DNA from: Microcoleus sp.
GTDB taxonomy: Bacteria; Cyanobacteriota; Cyanobacteriia; Cyanobacteriales; Microcoleaceae
NCBI GenBank assembly: GCA_052279835.1
Contig: CP181291.1
Location: 4,576,001-4,640,000 of the forward strand
Direction: 5' to 3'
Length of the DNA: 64,000 nucleotides
The notes under the pieces are model-generated. The model searched no databases, had not been told where the DNA came from, and saw nothing but the letters and a program-made list of their open reading frames with translations. Shown here in pieces: positions 45,386 through 55,436 of this stretch. Position 1 is the first letter of the stretch; every line of letters starts with the position of its first letter. A program made the translations under genes and the position numbers.

Positions 45386-46378
45386 GTGATCCGTTCTGCT
45401 ACTTTACCGCTTCCGCTTCCCGAGCCGCCCATTTCCTCTCACGATCGTCTCCGGTTGTTTTCCGGTTCTGCTAATGTTCCCCTCGCTCAAGAGGTGGCTC
45501 GCTATCTGGGGATTGATTTGGGGCCGATGGTTCGCAAGCGGTTCGCTGATGGGGAACTCTATGTTCAAATTCAGGAATCGATTCGAGGTTGCGATGTTTA
45601 CTTGATTCAGCCAACTTGCTGTCCGGTGAACGATCGCCTCATGGAATTATTAATTATGATCGATGCTTGTCGCCGCGCTTCGGCCAGACAAGTCACTGCC
45701 GTGATTCCTTACTATGGGTATGCTAGAGCCGATCGCAAAACCGCAGGAAGAGAGTCAATTACCGCGAAATTGGTCGCTAATTTGATTACTGAAGCTGGGG
45801 CTGGTCGCATTTTGGCAATGGATTTACACTCAGCTCAAATTCAAGGTTATTTTGACATTCCTTTCGATCATGTTTACGGCTCTCCCATACTCCTAGATTA
45901 CCTCAAGAGCAAACAGTTGACAGATATTGTTGTGGTGTCGCCGGATGTGGGCGGAGTCGCTAGAGCCAGGGCTTTTGCCAAAAAGCTCAATGACGCACCC
46001 TTGGCAATTATTGACAAACGCCGTCAAGCTCACAATGTGGCGGAAGTGATGAATGTGATCGGGGATGTTCGAGGCAAAACAGCCGTGTTGGTGGACGATA
46101 TGATCGATACTGCTGGCACGATTTGTGAGGGGGCGAGGCTGTTGCGTCGCGAGGGTGCAAGACAGGTTTATGCTTGTGCTACTCATGCTGTGTTTTCACC
46201 TCCAGCGATCGAACGTTTGTCTAGTGGAGTTTTGGAAGAGGTGATTGTTACCAATACCATTCCTGTACCAGAAGAGAAGCAGTTCGAGCAGTTAACTGTG
46301 CTTTCGGTGGCGAATTTGCTGGGAGAAACTATTTGGCGGATTCACGAAGATAGTTCTGTCAGCAGTATGTTCCGCTAG
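45386..46378 (+). CDS. prs: ribose-phosphate pyrophosphokinase
   Basis: FADGE, YGYARADRK, DLHSAQIQG, VSPDVGG, VDDMIDTAGT. Confidence 0.98.
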   Translation: MIRSATLPLPLPEPPISSHDRLRLFSGSANVPLAQEVARYLGIDLGPMVRKRFADGELYVQIQESIRGCDVYLIQPTCCPVNDRLMELLIMIDACRRASARQVTAVIPYYGYARADRKTAGRESITAKLVANLITEAGAGRILAMDLHSAQIQGYFDIPFDHVYGSPILLDYLKSKQLTDIVVVSPDVGGVARARAFAKKLNDAPLAIIDKRRQAHNVAEVMNVIGDVRGKTAVLVDDMIDTAGTICEGARLLRREGARQVYACATHAVFSPPAIERLSSGVLEEVIVTNTIPVPEEKQFEQLTVLSVANLLGETIWRIHEDSSVSSMFR

Positions 46379-46409
46379 AGCCCAAAATTATTTGTTTAAT
46401 GTACATAGT

Positions 46410-46445
46410 CTGGTGCGTTAACTCAATTTAGCGCGCCAGTTTTTT
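46410..46445 (+). terminator. intrinsic terminator after prs
   Basis: CTGGTGCGTTAA..TTAGCGCGCCAG followed by T6. Confidence 0.7.
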
Positions 46446-46446
46446 A

Positions 46447-46566
46447 TATCGGAATGATTTAACCGCGAAGGCGCTAAGGACGACCCCCCCCTGCCCCCCC
46501 CAAGGGGGGAAAGAGGAAGAGAAGAGAGAGTTTAATACAGGACGATGAAGAGAGGATTTGATATCA
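46447..46566. repeat. family C element, copy 2 (inverted, no outer IRs)
   Basis: Reverse complement matches 40375-40428 and 40464-40491. Confidence 0.7.
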
Positions 46567-46630
46567 GGAACAACAAATGGTAAAATTCTATCTCAATATC
46601 TTGTTGTCTGAAAGACGCTAATCTTTTAAT

Positions 46631-46703
46631 TAGACTTCTCCTAAAAAGCCAAGGTTTGAACAGGCTTTCTGGTCTGTTCTCCAACAATTATGGGAGATGT
46701 CTA
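46631..46703. repeat. family A MITE-like element, copy 4
   Basis: TAGACTTCTCC ... GGAGATGTCTA; 73 bp; internal GAACAGGC..GTCTGTTC hairpin. Confidence 0.65.
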
Positions 46704-46745
46704 TTTGAGAAAGGTTGAATTAAAGTAAGGGGAAAATCAAGAAAC

Positions 46746-48008
46746 ATGATCACACTTTCACTGCGACGTACAGCAGCCGCCCTGGCTAGTTCCGCACTTT
46801 TAACCATCGGGGCGATCGGTTCCGCCCTAGCATTTACTTTTGACCAAACAGAAATTAATCAAGACCGAGTGATTGCTATTGCTCAACCCCGTGGTTTTGG
46901 TGGTTACCAATTACTAATTGTGGAACAGGTATCTGACAAGCGAGCGTGCTGGAGCGAAAGTGGCTCTAATCCCGTGAAAGTCGATCCCCTATTGATCTCC
47001 TTTGATTTTACCGGTATTTGCGGTCGTGCTACTGACAGTAACGGTTTTTCTATTCGCATGGCCGGCACTGACTTAGCATTAAAATATACCCTAGATTTAC
47101 AGCAGGTCAACGGTGATGTTTTACTCATGGGAACTCCTATCGATCTCAAAGGCGAACCTGTGATTATCGGTAGAACCAATGGTGATGCGAATGGCTTTAT
47201 GAAAATTATTCTAGATCCAGCTTGGCGCTTGACCAAAAGATCTTATCAGGGCAAAGTATTAGGTCACTTTTATTTCACTAGCAATCAAGCTGCACCGGGA
47301 GATACTGGCGGAAACAGTGGCGGAAATACTGGTGGAAATACTGGCGGAAATACTGGCGGAAATACTGGCGGAAACACGGGCGGAAACACTGGCGGAAATA
47401 CTGGTACTCCTACCTTTAGAGATATTGCAAATGATATATATGCTTCTGAAATAAAAGAAGCTGTCAGCCTGGGATTTGTAGCAGGATTTGCTCAAGATAA
47501 TACTTTTCGACCGCAAGTCGCTGTCACTAGAGAGGAATTAGTCTCCTTAGTATTAGAAGGTTTGAAAGGAATACCAGGGGCTAATATCAAATTTCCTACC
47601 AGTATTTCTTTGCGTCCCTATAGCGACGTTGATACTTCCCGTTGGAGTGCAGCTAAAGTTCAATTTGCGCGGGATAATAACATAGTGAGCGGCTATAAAG
47701 ATGGAACTTTTAAACCTACCCAACCAGTCACTCGTGCTGAATTGATGGCTGTCCTCCGTCGTTCCGCAGAATTTGGTTTGTCGGCGCGGGGAATGAAGCC
47801 AGATTTAATTCCAAAACAGCCTGCTAAAAATTTTTCTGATACTCAAAGTCATTGGGCGGCGGCAATTATTAATCAAATGTCTGGCTATTGTTCAGTTGCT
47901 TCGTCTCTAAATGAAATTGGAAATCGGTTTGCTCCCGATGATTCTGCAAAACGGAATTATGCAGCGGCGGCTACTTTGCGGATGTTGAAATGTGTTAAAG
48001 CTCAGTAG
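46746..48008 (+). CDS. DUF3747 + S-layer homology (SLH) domain protein
   Basis: Signal peptide; VDPLL..FDFTGICGRATDSNG; SLH motifs F.P...VTR.E; GGNT linker. Confidence 0.9.
   Translation: MITLSLRRTAAALASSALLTIGAIGSALAFTFDQTEINQDRVIAIAQPRGFGGYQLLIVEQVSDKRACWSESGSNPVKVDPLLISFDFTGICGRATDSNGFSIRMAGTDLALKYTLDLQQVNGDVLLMGTPIDLKGEPVIIGRTNGDANGFMKIILDPAWRLTKRSYQGKVLGHFYFTSNQAAPGDTGGNSGGNTGGNTGGNTGGNTGGNTGGNTGGNTGTPTFRDIANDIYASEIKEAVSLGFVAGFAQDNTFRPQVAVTREELVSLVLEGLKGIPGANIKFPTSISLRPYSDVDTSRWSAAKVQFARDNNIVSGYKDGTFKPTQPVTRAELMAVLRRSAEFGLSARGMKPDLIPKQPAKNFSDTQSHWAAAIINQMSGYCSVASSLNEIGNRFAPDDSAKRNYAAAATLRMLKCVKAQ
47307..47402 (+). repeat. in-frame 12-bp tandem repeat x8 (GGNS/GGNT linker)
   Basis: GGCGGAAATACT units read directly. 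Confidence 0.9.
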
Positions 48009-48095
48009 CAGCAAAGCACAGTTTTAAGTTCGGAGTCGAGCGGGACTAAAATCCTTACTACAAAAAGGTTTGTAGTGAGGAATTTCTTCCTCAAA

Positions 48096-49019
48096 TTACT
48101 TTTTTCTTGACTCAGTTTTCTTAGGTTTTTGCTTAGATGCTTGTTTCTTTTTTTGGGGAGTGTCGATTATTTCGGCTTCTTGAACCACAACATTTTCAGT
48201 AGCTTTGCAGAAGTCATTTAAGGATATTTTTGCTTGAGCTTGGAGTTCGTTGAGTAAGTTTGATGCTGTTTCTAATATTTGTTTTCCCTGTCGTACTTGG
48301 ATGGTAGTTTGATTTTCGATCGCATCAAACAACACAAAAATAGATATGCTTTGCCAAATATTCACATCATCGCCAATTACATCACACTTAGTGACAAGTT
48401 TGCCGTCGGCTGGGATGTGAATTCCTAAGCCCGAATTTTCAATTAATGGCTGAATTTCTGTGATACTTAAATTGGCAAGATCCGCAATTTTATGTTCAAG
48501 TAATATTAAGTCTGCTACATCTGGTAAGTCGATCTTTTCTGCCCGTAGAGGATCTAACTTAAAGGTAAGAGTTTGATTTAAGGGATCGGAAATGGCATAA
48601 ATTGATTGAATTTGCGACTTGTTAACAGCACCTAAATCGCAAAAATCTCTGCCTCCAGGTGCGATCCTCTTCGAGGGCTTCGCTAACGCAATTTTGCCCG
48701 TTGCAGACACCTCCAAGATATCCAAACTCACCAAAGTCGTTGCCGTAGTTTTCACAAAAACCTCGTCTAACCCCAGCAAATCAGCCAATTCTTTCAAAGT
48801 GGGCGGAGGTTCAAACTCGATACAAGCCCGTAATATAAACTCTTCTAGCACGTTAAATTTGCGAGGTTCGCTAATTGTCACCTCCAAAGGTGTTTGTCGA
48901 TTCGCACAGCGGAATTGACGCGCAGCTAAAACTGACAAACCGGGATTTTGTTGCTCAATTTGTTCGACGAGGGCGCTTAAATTTGAATCAATTTGTTTAG
49001 TTGAGGAAGCTAGAGACAT
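48096..49019 (-). CDS. helicase-associated hypothetical protein with wHTH-like segment
   Basis: FNVLEEFILRA...TLKELADLLGLDEVFV; start overlaps the helicase 3' end by 23 nt. Confidence 0.75.
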   Translation of the reverse strand: MSLASSTKQIDSNLSALVEQIEQQNPGLSVLAARQFRCANRQTPLEVTISEPRKFNVLEEFILRACIEFEPPPTLKELADLLGLDEVFVKTTATTLVSLDILEVSATGKIALAKPSKRIAPGGRDFCDLGAVNKSQIQSIYAISDPLNQTLTFKLDPLRAEKIDLPDVADLILLEHKIADLANLSITEIQPLIENSGLGIHIPADGKLVTKCDVIGDDVNIWQSISIFVLFDAIENQTTIQVRQGKQILETASNLLNELQAQAKISLNDFCKATENVVVQEAEIIDTPQKKKQASKQKPKKTESRKK

Positions 49020-52000
49020 CTACAAAACCTCCACAGTAACGCACCGTTTTTGAAACTTCCTGATACATTTTTCCCACAGTACCTGTTTGTTGGGTAAATA
49101 AATCGTGGCAGCCAACAACTACCAGCAATTCTTGAGCGCGGGAAAATGCCACATTCACCCGTTCCGGTTCCTTGGCAAATCCAATATCTCCCCTATTATT
49201 ATTGCACACTGTGCTGACAATAATCACAGGTCGCTCCATGCCTTGAAATATGTCCACAGTCCCAGTACGGATACTCAGAGATGGAAATCTTTCCGGTTCA
49301 ATTCTATCTTGAATTAACCTTAACTGAGCGCCGTAAAAAGTAATGATTCCGATTTCTTTAGGCGGTTCACCATTGGCAATTTTTGACTGCCAAGCTATTT
49401 CCATTTCTTCGCACAAACGTTCAATGGCATCTACTTCTTTGATATTCAAGCGGGAAGTGCCATTCTTTTCTTCTTCAAAACCTGGTCCAATTGGTGTTTT
49501 CACCCACAGGATGTGATTAGTGTCTTGAAGGATTTTACCCGCCAGGTTGTGGGCGCGTCTGGTGTCTGGTTCGGCAATGCCACAGTTGAGTTTTTGGTCA
49601 TAAAATTGATTGATTGCTGCCATAATCTGCGGGTGCATTCGGTATTGAGTTGTCAGCATTTGTTTGATGCTGTCGTTGGCATTTTCAAACAACGTTTTGA
49701 ATAGGGATTCTTTGATGAAACTTAGTTCGTCTCCGCTACAGCCAATTTCTTCGGCAATATCAGCGATGGTATTGCGATCGAACATAGGCGGTAACTGTCT
49801 GTGATCGCCTACTAACACTAATTTTTTGCCTTTCAAAGCGGGAATCAATAATTCTGGGGGCGTACATTTACTAACTTCGTCAATGATGACTGCATCAAAG
49901 CTGGGGAAGTTTTTGCTGAAGTCGAAACTGGCTGCTTGTACGCAAGTAATGCCAATAACATTGGCATTGTCTATATAAATTTGCTTTAAATCACTTTGGT
50001 CTTTTTCCGAAGGATGACGGAGTTTTTTTATCCAGTCTCTTACAAATTCTTGAGAGCGATTTAGTTCTGTTTCGTCTCGTTCTAATTCTTGTTTCCATTT
50101 AGTTAATTGTCGTTTTATTCTCCGTAAAAATTCCACAGTGAACAATCCCGTACTGCTCACTTCTGGCTTGTATTTATCTGGGAAATTTTGCCATGCGGAC
50201 TCCCACCAAGTTCTGTCCATAATTAATGCGGGTGTTGGCTGCTGCTGTTGGAGTTTTTCCAGAACTTCGCTCAATTCTGTTTGGAGTTCTTGCAGTTGCT
50301 GTAACCCGTTGTTCGATGCTAGTTGCAGCGGCAATAAATGGTCTTTGAGACTGTTTTTAATGAGTTCCAAAATACCGAAAGGATCTAGGGCTGTTATGTA
50401 GTTTTCTAGCTGAGAAGTAATTTCTTTCCAAGCCTCAAATTGTCGAATAAATTGTTGTGGTTGTTCCCAGATATTAGATGTGCGGGTAAGATATTGTTCG
50501 GCTAAGGTTTGCATTTTTTCGGGGAGGTTTGGCTGGGCGACAATTGCTTGCAAGAGATTAGTTGCTGTGTTAATTTTTAAATTGGTTGCTTGTTGTGCTG
50601 TTTCTAGCTGAAGTTGAAGGGCGGATATTTCGGGCTGATTTAAGCTGAAGTTTAGTCGCTCTAATAGCTGTTGCTGTTTTTGTAGTTGCTGTTCGGTTTC
50701 TGTTTTCAGGGGAACCACACATTGGCGTGCATTTTCGAGGATGGTGTGCAGCAATTCTTTGGCGAGACGATCGAGGGTTGTCTGGATGTTATGTGGCTGT
50801 AAAGATGCGCTGTAAATTTTTTGAATATTGGCGAAGAAAGTGCTGGTTGTTTCTATGATAAGTTGTCGTTGACTTCGGCTGATTTGGGAATAGTTATCAA
50901 AATCTTTGGCTAGTTGTTGCCATTGGGTCCGATCGCCTACAGAGAGTACGATCGGCGTTTGACTCAAATTCAGGTGCAAAAACTCGCTAAATCGGAATTG
51001 TTGACCTTGAAGGTCCTTAAAACCCCCGCTGGCTTCATGGGAAATCGCCTTTTGTAGTCTGTCTAAATCGGGCAAACTAACTTTCCATTTGGCGGGGACG
51101 ATCGCCAATTTGAGCGATCGGGCAATTTTCAACAATCCCCCAGGCAATTCTACCATGTCATCGGTCAGCAGCGCCCCTGTTTCCCAGCAAGATTTGACTA
51201 CTGCATCCAGTCGAGTATCCGCAGTCTGAATCCACTCTGCAACAGCGACAACAACGGTGGCAATTTCTGCTTTTCGCAGTTCCAAATTCTGGATTTTCTG
51301 CTGTAAATTTTGGCGATTTGTCTGATTTTGGCGATCGCCCAATTGTAGCTGACTCAAAGCATCAGAAATCTGTCGCGACACCCTCCGCGAATCCGCAACT
51401 CCTGACATAGCATTACAAACATCATCAGCACAATCAAAGGCTGTTTGAAATTCTGCTATTTGTGGTGCTACAGTTTCTCGCAACCAAACCGCAATCCCAA
51501 AAGCACCACAAGCTGGCCTAACAAAGCCGATTTGAGTAGCCTGATTAGCAGCAGTCCGCACATCTCCCATAAAATTTTCGACTAAAACATTACCTTCTGA
51601 ATAAGGTTTAAGTCTGGGTAAAAATTCGGTTGTTTCGGGAGATTCCCAATCGACTTTGGGTGAATCTAGCAGTTTTTGTAAGCAGACAAATAAAGCTTCA
51701 ATCTCTTGTTCTTCTGCTAAACTTTCATGGTATACTGTTTCTTGGTGATAGCAGTTAGCCTCAAGATTTGCCTTGGCACTGTGCAGGTGTTTTTGTTGAT
51801 TATAAAAATCTAATTCCGCTGTAAAGTAAGCAGGAAATCTTTCATATTCTGTTAATAAATTTCGTAAATAAGTGATATTTTGCTGGCGATTTAATAGTTT
51901 TTGTTCGCAGTCAGTCGCCGTATTTTGTAGCCAAGTGCCGATCGCATTTTCTTCCAAAAACGGCTGTCCTTCTTCCTGCACCTTATGAGCTTTTCCCTTC

Positions 52001-53301
52001 CGCAACGCCCGAATCGCCGGATTGTGAACCAAGCGACTCAAAGCATTATCTACAGCTAAATTTGCCTGAGAAGCAATCAGGGTTTTGCCACCTTGACGGG
52101 CAATTTGATAGCAAATCTCGGCAATCACCGTAGTTTTTCCAGTTCCCGGAGGTCCTTGAATCAGAATTAAATCTCGTGCAGCCAGCACTGTTTCTACCGC
52201 AGAAATTTGGTCAGCATTCGCATTGGAATTTAATAAATTTTCCCGTTCTAGTTTAATATTTTTTTGTGGCAACCTTGCTTGGGAAGCGTCGAACAAAAAA
52301 TCGCTCAAATAGGGATTTTGAGCCCGGCCATCTGCCAACATTTTCAAAGCTTGTTCTTTGCGTTTAATCTGAGTGATATCGCCAGCAGCCTCAAAATACA
52401 AAAATCCTTGTTTAGGTAATAAATATCGATCGCCAGCCATGCGCACAGCTAAATCTGGGTCTAATTTGATGCGTAATTTGCTACGTTCAAAGTCAATTTC
52501 AGCGATCGAACCTAAAGTTTCTCCATCTCGGCTGCTTCTGGTTCCTGGCGCAGAATCAAACAGAGTAATTTCTTCATGGCGGGCATTTTTTAGCCTTTCT
52601 CGAAAGTCGCCCAATTCTAAACAATTTTCATCATAGCCATCTAGAGTTGCGGAACTAGAATCAATTTCTAAAGTGATGATTTTGAGCGTCGAACCGTAAT
52701 TATGACCTCGGAAAGGGACGCAAAATTGACGAGCTTCCGCAATCCGTTTTTCAACTTTTAGGAAACTGTGCCAAACTTTTAGTTGTTCCTCGGTTGGTAT
52801 GTGTCTATCTTCCCAAAATGGCAGTTGTTGTACGCGGGCGATCGACTTGCGAGGCACCCCGGCTTTACTATTACCTAAAAGTCGCAATTTATGGGGCAAA
52901 ACATAACCATCTTTCTTACCTCTTAGCTGATTTACTAAACCAGCATCCAATAACTTGAGGCCACCAATGCCATCTTCGCAGCGTACAGTTGCTAATAAGC
53001 GTAAAGTGCAGTCTCTTTTTTGCAACAATTCTGGGAATTCAAAATCATCTCGATCCGTAGCAACGATCAATTCCCAAATTTCTTCTTCCGAAAATCTCTG
53101 ATTTACCTGTTGGCGGCGCAGATAGAAAATATTGTGAGATTTACCGGCAATCTCTGACATCATAATTTCCGCACGCTCTTTGCATTCCCAATCGCAATAT
53201 TTTGCTAAAGCTGCTTCCCCTTCAACATCGCGAATAAATTTATTAATCGCCCGATTCCCAGTAAATTTGTATCCCCAATCTTCTGTGACTAAAGATGGCA
53301 T
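48997..53301 (-). CDS. UPF1/DNA2-like SF1B helicase (AAA_11/AAA_12) with long helical insertion
   Basis: QGPPGTGKT, ASQANLAVDN, IIDEVSK, VGDHRQLPP, QYRM, TVDIFQGME, RVNVAFSRA. Confidence 0.92.
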   Translation of the reverse strand: MPSLVTEDWGYKFTGNRAINKFIRDVEGEAALAKYCDWECKERAEIMMSEIAGKSHNIFYLRRQQVNQRFSEEEIWELIVATDRDDFEFPELLQKRDCTLRLLATVRCEDGIGGLKLLDAGLVNQLRGKKDGYVLPHKLRLLGNSKAGVPRKSIARVQQLPFWEDRHIPTEEQLKVWHSFLKVEKRIAEARQFCVPFRGHNYGSTLKIITLEIDSSSATLDGYDENCLELGDFRERLKNARHEEITLFDSAPGTRSSRDGETLGSIAEIDFERSKLRIKLDPDLAVRMAGDRYLLPKQGFLYFEAAGDITQIKRKEQALKMLADGRAQNPYLSDFLFDASQARLPQKNIKLERENLLNSNANADQISAVETVLAARDLILIQGPPGTGKTTVIAEICYQIARQGGKTLIASQANLAVDNALSRLVHNPAIRALRKGKAHKVQEEGQPFLEENAIGTWLQNTATDCEQKLLNRQQNITYLRNLLTEYERFPAYFTAELDFYNQQKHLHSAKANLEANCYHQETVYHESLAEEQEIEALFVCLQKLLDSPKVDWESPETTEFLPRLKPYSEGNVLVENFMGDVRTAANQATQIGFVRPACGAFGIAVWLRETVAPQIAEFQTAFDCADDVCNAMSGVADSRRVSRQISDALSQLQLGDRQNQTNRQNLQQKIQNLELRKAEIATVVVAVAEWIQTADTRLDAVVKSCWETGALLTDDMVELPGGLLKIARSLKLAIVPAKWKVSLPDLDRLQKAISHEASGGFKDLQGQQFRFSEFLHLNLSQTPIVLSVGDRTQWQQLAKDFDNYSQISRSQRQLIIETTSTFFANIQKIYSASLQPHNIQTTLDRLAKELLHTILENARQCVVPLKTETEQQLQKQQQLLERLNFSLNQPEISALQLQLETAQQATNLKINTATNLLQAIVAQPNLPEKMQTLAEQYLTRTSNIWEQPQQFIRQFEAWKEITSQLENYITALDPFGILELIKNSLKDHLLPLQLASNNGLQQLQELQTELSEVLEKLQQQQPTPALIMDRTWWESAWQNFPDKYKPEVSSTGLFTVEFLRRIKRQLTKWKQELERDETELNRSQEFVRDWIKKLRHPSEKDQSDLKQIYIDNANVIGITCVQAASFDFSKNFPSFDAVIIDEVSKCTPPELLIPALKGKKLVLVGDHRQLPPMFDRNTIADIAEEIGCSGDELSFIKESLFKTLFENANDSIKQMLTTQYRMHPQIMAAINQFYDQKLNCGIAEPDTRRAHNLAGKILQDTNHILWVKTPIGPGFEEEKNGTSRLNIKEVDAIERLCEEMEIAWQSKIANGEPPKEIGIITFYGAQLRLIQDRIEPERFPSLSIRTGTVDIFQGMERPVIIVSTVCNNNRGDIGFAKEPERVNVAFSRAQELLVVVGCHDLFTQQTGTVGKMYQEVSKTVRYCGGFVDVSSFLN

Positions 53302-53440
53302 CTTTATTTTCTATGATTGTTTGTCGCCTCGATAAATATAACGTTAGCACGATCGGAACTTGTGCGGGTCTACCCACCAGGTGTCTACCAAATCCCAGGG
53401 TTGTGCAGTGTAATACCGTCAGGGAAGCTCTGGATGTGAA

Positions 53441-53473
53441 AATTGGTTCCTAGGGAGAACCTAGGAACCAATT
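53441..53473 (-). terminator. hairpin downstream of tRNA-His
   Basis: Perfect 14-bp arms AATTGGTTCCTAGG / CCTAGGAACCAATT. Confidence 0.7.
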
Positions 53474-53492
53474 AAAAATGGAGATTTAAAAG

Positions 53493-53566
53493 GGCGAACG
53501 ATGGGACTTGAACCCACGAATGGTGGTACCACAAACCACTGCCTTAACCACTTGGCTACGCTCGCC
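53493..53566 (-). tRNA. tRNA-His (GTG)
   Basis: G-1 plus GCGAGCG/CGTTCGC acceptor, C discriminator, anticodon arm GTGGT-TTGTGGT-ACCAC. Confidence 0.96.
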
Positions 53567-53918
53567 GTGTTTTTTTCACTATAGTATCCTACCTTAGCAC
53601 AGGTTTCTGGGTAAAGCAACCATATTTTGAAAAATTTTTCCCAAATTTGCGATCGCCCCAGCACCCATCCCATAGAAAGCGCCTCAAATCCATACACAGA
53701 AAGACCAAGGTGGCTGGCACTCTATCAAACAGTTGTTACCGCCTTTGCTGTGAGATTCACCAACTACTCAGTCCCAGCAGCACTCTGACTCGGCTAGAAG
53801 CAGCCCAGCGACAAACCAGAACACCAATAAAAACCAAACAATTAAAATAAGACTATAGCGCTTTCAGATTCTTATCCGTCGTCGAATCCCAAATCGCCAA
53901 TCCCCATCCCCAATCAAT

Positions 53919-55436
53919 ATGAGCTACTGTGTCAACCCAGAATGTCGCCATCCTCAAAATTCTAGCACTGCCAAATTTTGCTTAAACTGCGGCTCTCACT
54001 TATTGCTCAGACAGCGATATCGCCCCATAGAACCCCTGGGGAAAGGTGGATTTGGCAAAACTTTTTTAGCACTGGATGAAGACTTGCCATCCCAACCCCG
54101 CTGTGCAGTCAAGCAATTTCAATTTTACGATCGCGATCCCGAAATTTTCCAGAAAGCCCTGGAACTATTTCGTCAAGAAGCTATGCGTTTGGATGAACTC
54201 GGCAATCATCCGCAAATTCCCAATTTGTTAGCCTGCTTTGAACAAGAAACCCAGATTTATTTAGTTCAAGAATTTATTGAAGGACTGACTCTCAAACAAG
54301 AATTAGACCAGAATATATATAGTGAAAATCAGATTTGGCAATTGTTGCAAGATTTATTGCCAGTGCTGCAATTTATCCACGAGCATCGGGTCATTCACCG
54401 CGACATCAAGCCCGAAAATATTATTCGCCGCCAGTCGGACAACAAACCGGTATTGATTGATTTCGGGATTGCGAAACTGCTGACAGATACCGCCTTACTC
54501 CGTCCCGCAACTTTAATCGGTAGCCAAGATTATTTAGCTCCCGAACAAATGCGGGGTAAAGTATTTCCTGCCAGCGACCTTTACAGTTTAGGTGTCACTT
54601 GCATTCGCATGATGACCCAAGTTCCGCCCTTGGATATGTATGATTGCCACACCGAGCGTTGGTGGTGGCGCGATTACCTCCCAAAAGGTACAACTATTAG
54701 CACGGAATTAGGTAAAATCTTAGATAAATTGTTGCAAACTCATCTCAATCAGCGATATAGTTTTGCTGTCGAAGTTTTGCAAGATATTCAGGCAGTTTGG
54801 CCACTGACTATTGCTGAACTTAATTCCCAGCAACTTCAGATTATCCCTAATCTGAGTCATCGCGAGAATTCGCCTAATTTGAGTTTATCACCAACTCCTG
54901 AACCTGAGATATTAAAAACAAATGTAACTAATCCCCTGCAACATTCGACGGGAGCTGTGAATTTGAATTTGCCATTAAATTTAATTTCAGTCAAGGGAAT
55001 TGATTATCATAAATTGCAGGATTTTTTGTCTAGTAAAAAGTGGCAAGCAGCGGATCGAGAAACTTGGGTACTGATGTGTCAAGCCCTCTCTTTGACGGTG
55101 GGAACTCAACTAGAGGTTAGCCAGATTTACCAGTTACCGTGCGAAGATTTGCAAATAGTCGATCGCCTGTGGGTACACTACAGTCAAGGTCAGTTTGGAT
55201 TCAGTGTCCAAAACCAAGTTTACCAAAGTGTTAAGGGAGATTATATCAGATTTTGCGATCGGGTAAACTGGCCAACCTACAACTCTGCTACTGCTTTTAG
55301 CCAGCTTAAATTTACCCAACAAGCACCCCAAGGACATCTGCCATCTCGTAGTTGGGTAGGCGGTGTTCAATGGCTGCGACACCTGGATGCGATGTCAACA
55401 AGATTAACCCAGTGCAGTAATATTTCTGCTAGATAG
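53919..55436 (+). CDS. Ser/Thr kinase with 4-Cys prefix and C-terminal GUN4-like domain
   Basis: Kinase motifs; WQAADRET, PCEDLQIVDRLW..YSQGQFGFSVQ, APQGHLP. Confidence 0.93.
   Translation: MSYCVNPECRHPQNSSTAKFCLNCGSHLLLRQRYRPIEPLGKGGFGKTFLALDEDLPSQPRCAVKQFQFYDRDPEIFQKALELFRQEAMRLDELGNHPQIPNLLACFEQETQIYLVQEFIEGLTLKQELDQNIYSENQIWQLLQDLLPVLQFIHEHRVIHRDIKPENIIRRQSDNKPVLIDFGIAKLLTDTALLRPATLIGSQDYLAPEQMRGKVFPASDLYSLGVTCIRMMTQVPPLDMYDCHTERWWWRDYLPKGTTISTELGKILDKLLQTHLNQRYSFAVEVLQDIQAVWPLTIAELNSQQLQIIPNLSHRENSPNLSLSPTPEPEILKTNVTNPLQHSTGAVNLNLPLNLISVKGIDYHKLQDFLSSKKWQAADRETWVLMCQALSLTVGTQLEVSQIYQLPCEDLQIVDRLWVHYSQGQFGFSVQNQVYQSVKGDYIRFCDRVNWPTYNSATAFSQLKFTQQAPQGHLPSRSWVGGVQWLRHLDAMSTRLTQCSNISAR

Noticed and set aside
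47307..47402. CRISPR-like or other functional repeat array
   Set aside because: Contiguous 12-bp in-frame repeats with no spacers, forming a flexible linker; no CRISPR array or cas gene was seen in the window
48010..53566. Integrative element at tRNA-His
   Set aside because: No integrase and no duplicated tRNA 3' end (att) found beyond the partner gene
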